From a virus (taxonomy: Duplodnaviria; Caudoviricetes), in IMG/VR virus record IMGVR_UViG_3300045457_000125, positions 1 through 28,199 of that record: DNA of 28,199 nucleotides; one strand, written 5' to 3'. The notes beneath the pieces were generated by a model. It ran no database searches. It saw only the letters and a list, made by a program, of their open reading frames with translations, and was not told the origin of the DNA. Positions 25,652 through 28,199 of this stretch are shown piece by piece. The translations under genes and the position numbers were made by a program. The first letter of the stretch is position 1. Each line of letters starts with the position of its first letter.

Positions 25652-26151
25652 TTTGCTACCTCCTTTCCTGCTAACTCTTGAATCTTTGACTTCAATGACC
25701 TTATCTCTATTCTTAATGAATCAAGGTCGGTCAATGCTTCTACTCTGCCATCAATATCAACATTGTGAAAATGTATCTCATTGCCTTGTAAAGACAACTC
25801 AATGTTGCAGACATCTACCTCAATGTTGTCTATTGAAGATTCAACTGCTTCCATAGATGTATCAATATCCTCAATCAATTCAAGCATTGAATTTATATGC
25901 TCTTGAAATTCTATTGATTCTTCCATATCGCTCTGCTCTGTTGATACTTCAACATATACTTCTTTCGCTTTAATGCGATTCATTAGATTCAGCACATCCT
26001 CTGTTCTCCAGATGCTGGATGCATTGTGCTTAACGATTTCGATTGCTTGTTCCAATGTGTATTGGAACTCTTGTGGTGTTGTGGTGTTGTTGTTCATTGT
26101 GATTTGATTTTGATTGTTTGACATTGATTGATTGTTTTGATTGTTTGACAT
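25648..26151 (-). CDS. Hypothetical acidic coiled-coil protein (start uncertain)
   Basis: In-frame ATGs at 26151, 26124 and 26097. The central region is strongly acidic. Confidence 0.7.
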   Translation of the reverse strand: MSNNQNNQSMSNNQNQITMNNNTTTPQEFQYTLEQAIEIVKHNASSIWRTEDVLNLMNRIKAKEVYVEVSTEQSDMEESIEFQEHINSMLELIEDIDTSMEAVESSIDNIEVDVCNIELSLQGNEIHFHNVDIDGRVEALTDLDSLRIEIRSLKSKIQELAGKEVAK

Positions 26152-26153
26152 TG
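26108..26153. repeat. 19-bp direct repeat, period 27
   Basis: TTTTGATTGTTTGACATTG at 26108-26126 and 26135-26153. Confidence 0.9.
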
Positions 26154-26161
26154 TTTTGTTT

Positions 26162-26512
26162 TTATTTGTTAGTGATTGAATTGAACCATACGATAGGACA
26201 GAGTTCGTCAAACTCTTCAATAGTCATTGTAACATCTACAGAGTTTCCATCTTCATCTGTTGCTACTACTAGCGCATTGCCGTACAGATGTTGTCTAGTA
26301 TCAAGTGTGAAGAATCCGAAACTAATTCCGTTGATTGCACCTTCATCATCAACGATGATGGAATGCTTATCATCTAGATACTGCGCAACACATACAAGGT
26401 TGCATCCGATTACACGATACCACTCCTTAAGCAAGGAATGTTTATCTAGTTCTACATACTTCACTTCTTTGTATACTGAATCTATTAGAATTGCTTTCAT
26501 TGTTTTTTTCAT
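26162..26512 (-). CDS. DUF3846-like protein
   Basis: MKAILID, IGC..V, IIVDDEG and LYGNALVV..DEDG motifs. Confidence 0.7.
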   Translation of the reverse strand: MKKTMKAILIDSVYKEVKYVELDKHSLLKEWYRVIGCNLVCVAQYLDDKHSIIVDDEGAINGISFGFFTLDTRQHLYGNALVVATDEDGNSVDVTMTIEEFDELCPIVWFNSITNK

Positions 26513-26531
26513 TTAGAATGTTATTAATAAT

Positions 26532-27455
26532 TTACCACATATAAGAGAAATTCGATTCGCCTTTCAATGGCTCTGATATACCATTATCATAGTCTGACAT
26601 CTGTTGCTTAATTCCATCAAAGAAGTATTGAGCCAGTTCCTTGCTATTCATTTTGCTTTCGTTCTTTTGTAGATTCTGAAGATTGCGTAGGAAGAATGAT
26701 TTGCTTGGATTGTCTTTGTAGTTAAGCATGAGTTCATGTCTTTTGTAATTACAAGCATCTGGAACTTTTCCATATCCATATTGCCAATACCAACTTCTCT
26801 CCAGATATGCGAATATGTGTCTGCGAAACATTGATGGATGTGCAATAGCATACAACATTGAGTTCATCTCAAGTAGTTCAGAACTATCTTTTACTTTGAT
26901 GAATACAACTTGATATCCATCTTTGCTATTGTTAGTAGCAGATAGAAATAGATTAACTCTGTATCCCTCTTGCTCAAGTGCATCTATGGACATGAATACT
27001 GCTAGTCCATATGTAATCATCGCATCTGTTGAGTATCCTCCAGAGATACATGGGTCGTAGTATATATCAACTATCTTGCCTCTCCTTTCTGCTTCAGTAC
27101 GGATGTTGCGAATCATGCACTCTGGAGTCCCACGAAGATATCTTCCCATGTGAACACTTCCTCCTGCTACCGATGGTTTCCGTTTCATAACATATCCATC
27201 GCCTTGCACTTGGTCAATGTCTATATTGAGTTTCTCAATCTTGTCATATACCTCTTCCCATTTCTTCAATCCTTTCATGTATGCATCTGCATCTTGGAAT
27301 GAATCGCTATGAGTGAAGTCATAACCATTAGACTCGGATGAATCAGAATCTGTAGTCTTATTTGTTACAGATATCCATTGAGAGAACTGTGTCAATGATT
27401 CAAAGTATTGTGCGAAATACTTATCATTCTGTTTTCCTATTGTTATTGCTTTCAT
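26532..27455 (-). CDS. VWA/CobT-like partner of the AAA+ ATPase
   Basis: Likely start ATG 27455. VAGG..HMGRYL.G.PECM, a degenerate MIDAS-like YDPCISGG, IDALEQEGYRVNL and HPSMFRR. Confidence 0.6.
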   Translation of the reverse strand: MKAITIGKQNDKYFAQYFESLTQFSQWISVTNKTTDSDSSESNGYDFTHSDSFQDADAYMKGLKKWEEVYDKIEKLNIDIDQVQGDGYVMKRKPSVAGGSVHMGRYLRGTPECMIRNIRTEAERRGKIVDIYYDPCISGGYSTDAMITYGLAVFMSIDALEQEGYRVNLFLSATNNSKDGYQVVFIKVKDSSELLEMNSMLYAIAHPSMFRRHIFAYLERSWYWQYGYGKVPDACNYKRHELMLNYKDNPSKSFFLRNLQNLQKNESKMNSKELAQYFFDGIKQQMSDYDNGISEPLKGESNFSYMW

Positions 27456-27483
27456 TTGAATGTGGTTTTTTATATTGTTAGAA

Positions 27484-28199
27484 TTAAAGTGCTGACATGA
27501 TGATGTTGCGTTGTTCATCGCTACATCCTTTGAGTATTGTCATTTCAAGAACTTGGCTCTCTGTGAATCCTACTGCTAACAACTTCGCTCCGTTGATGGA
27601 TGCTCTTGGAGAAATTATCATTCGCTGGTTGGATGTCTTTACTGCTTGTCTGATGCGCTGAACTTTTCTTGCCCAGTCCCTATCTCCTGCAATCTCAAGT
27701 TCCAATTCTTCATCATATACAACTTCGTATTGAATGAATCTGTCTAGCGATGCTCCATCCATTGGTTGTCTGCCTACATAGGTTCTAGATGCTCCGATTC
27801 CCCATGTATTCGCAGCAGCTAGACATACAAAGTCCTTGTGTCTTTTTATGAATGCGCCATCAGGAAAATACATTCCACCATTAGCAAGAGCAGTATTCAC
27901 ACACAAAACAACTTCAGCAGATGCGCTATCAATCTCTTCAAATATGAATACTCCTCCATTCTCATATGCTTTGCGAAATGGAGTAGATACATACTCGCCT
28001 TTCGCATCCATGTATCCAACTACTTCATGTTTTCCCAAGTCTCCAGCACATGGAAGAGTGTAGAATGGAATTCCCATAGCTTCAGCAACATTCTCTGCTA
28101 TTGTTGACTTTCCACTTCCTGCTTCTCCAGTCATCCAGATATTGACCTTTGCTTGTGTCATTCGCAATATGTCTTTGAATTGCTTGTGTGTTTTTCCCA
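27484..28199 (-). CDS. CobS/MoxR-type AAA+ ATPase (5' end outside the window)
   Basis: Walker A GEAGSGKS, Walker B FIFEEID, sensor AAANTWG and arginine finger ASLDRF. The frame stays open to the window end (..GKTHKQFKDILRM). Confidence 0.9.
   Translation of the reverse strand, partial: GKTHKQFKDILRMTQAKVNIWMTGEAGSGKSTIAENVAEAMGIPFYTLPCAGDLGKHEVVGYMDAKGEYVSTPFRKAYENGGVFIFEEIDSASAEVVLCVNTALANGGMYFPDGAFIKRHKDFVCLAAANTWGIGASRTYVGRQPMDGASLDRFIQYEVVYDEELELEIAGDRDWARKVQRIRQAVKTSNQRMIISPRASINGAKLLAVGFTESQVLEMTILKGCSDEQRNIIMSAL

Noticed and set aside
4-28107. All plus-strand ORFs in the track
   Set aside because: They are antisense shadows of well-supported minus-strand genes, with S/F/L/I-rich composition and no motifs.
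1-28199. Stop-codon reassignment
   Set aside because: Genes are full length and densely packed under the standard bacterial code.
27484-28199. Cobalamin biosynthesis auxiliary metabolic gene
   Set aside because: Similarity is limited to the general MoxR/CobS AAA+ family, and no cobN or other cob genes are present.

Overview
A 28.2-kb section of a long-tailed (siphovirus-type) dsDNA phage or prophage. Every credible gene is on the minus strand, and many are joined by ATGA or TAATG overlaps. A Bacteroidota host is inferred from TAnnTTTG -7 promoter boxes and A-rich start regions without Shine-Dalgarno motifs. In transcription order (right to left): a CobS/MoxR-type AAA+ ATPase with a VWA-like partner, small early genes, a 570-bp structured intergenic region, an annealase/exonuclease pair, a replication initiator, HTH/HNH/DUF1064-like genes, a ParB-like gene, a C5 DNA methyltransferase and the terminase. 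The morphogenesis module then follows in a permuted order: frameshifted tail chaperone, tail completion genes, tail tip, tape measure, ClpP-scaffold, capsid, major tail tube, portal, adaptor and fibre. The strongest unexplained signal is a dispersed palindromic motif, T[G/C/A]CG-WW-CGCA (extended consensus ATATGCG-WW-CGCATAT). It occurs at least 22 times, in both orientations and different reading frames, and upstream of two candidate operon promoters. Other notable points are a candidate structured leader RNA, a U9 -1 frameshift site and apparent avoidance of several 4-bp palindromes. All family assignments come from motif recognition by eye, not from database searches.
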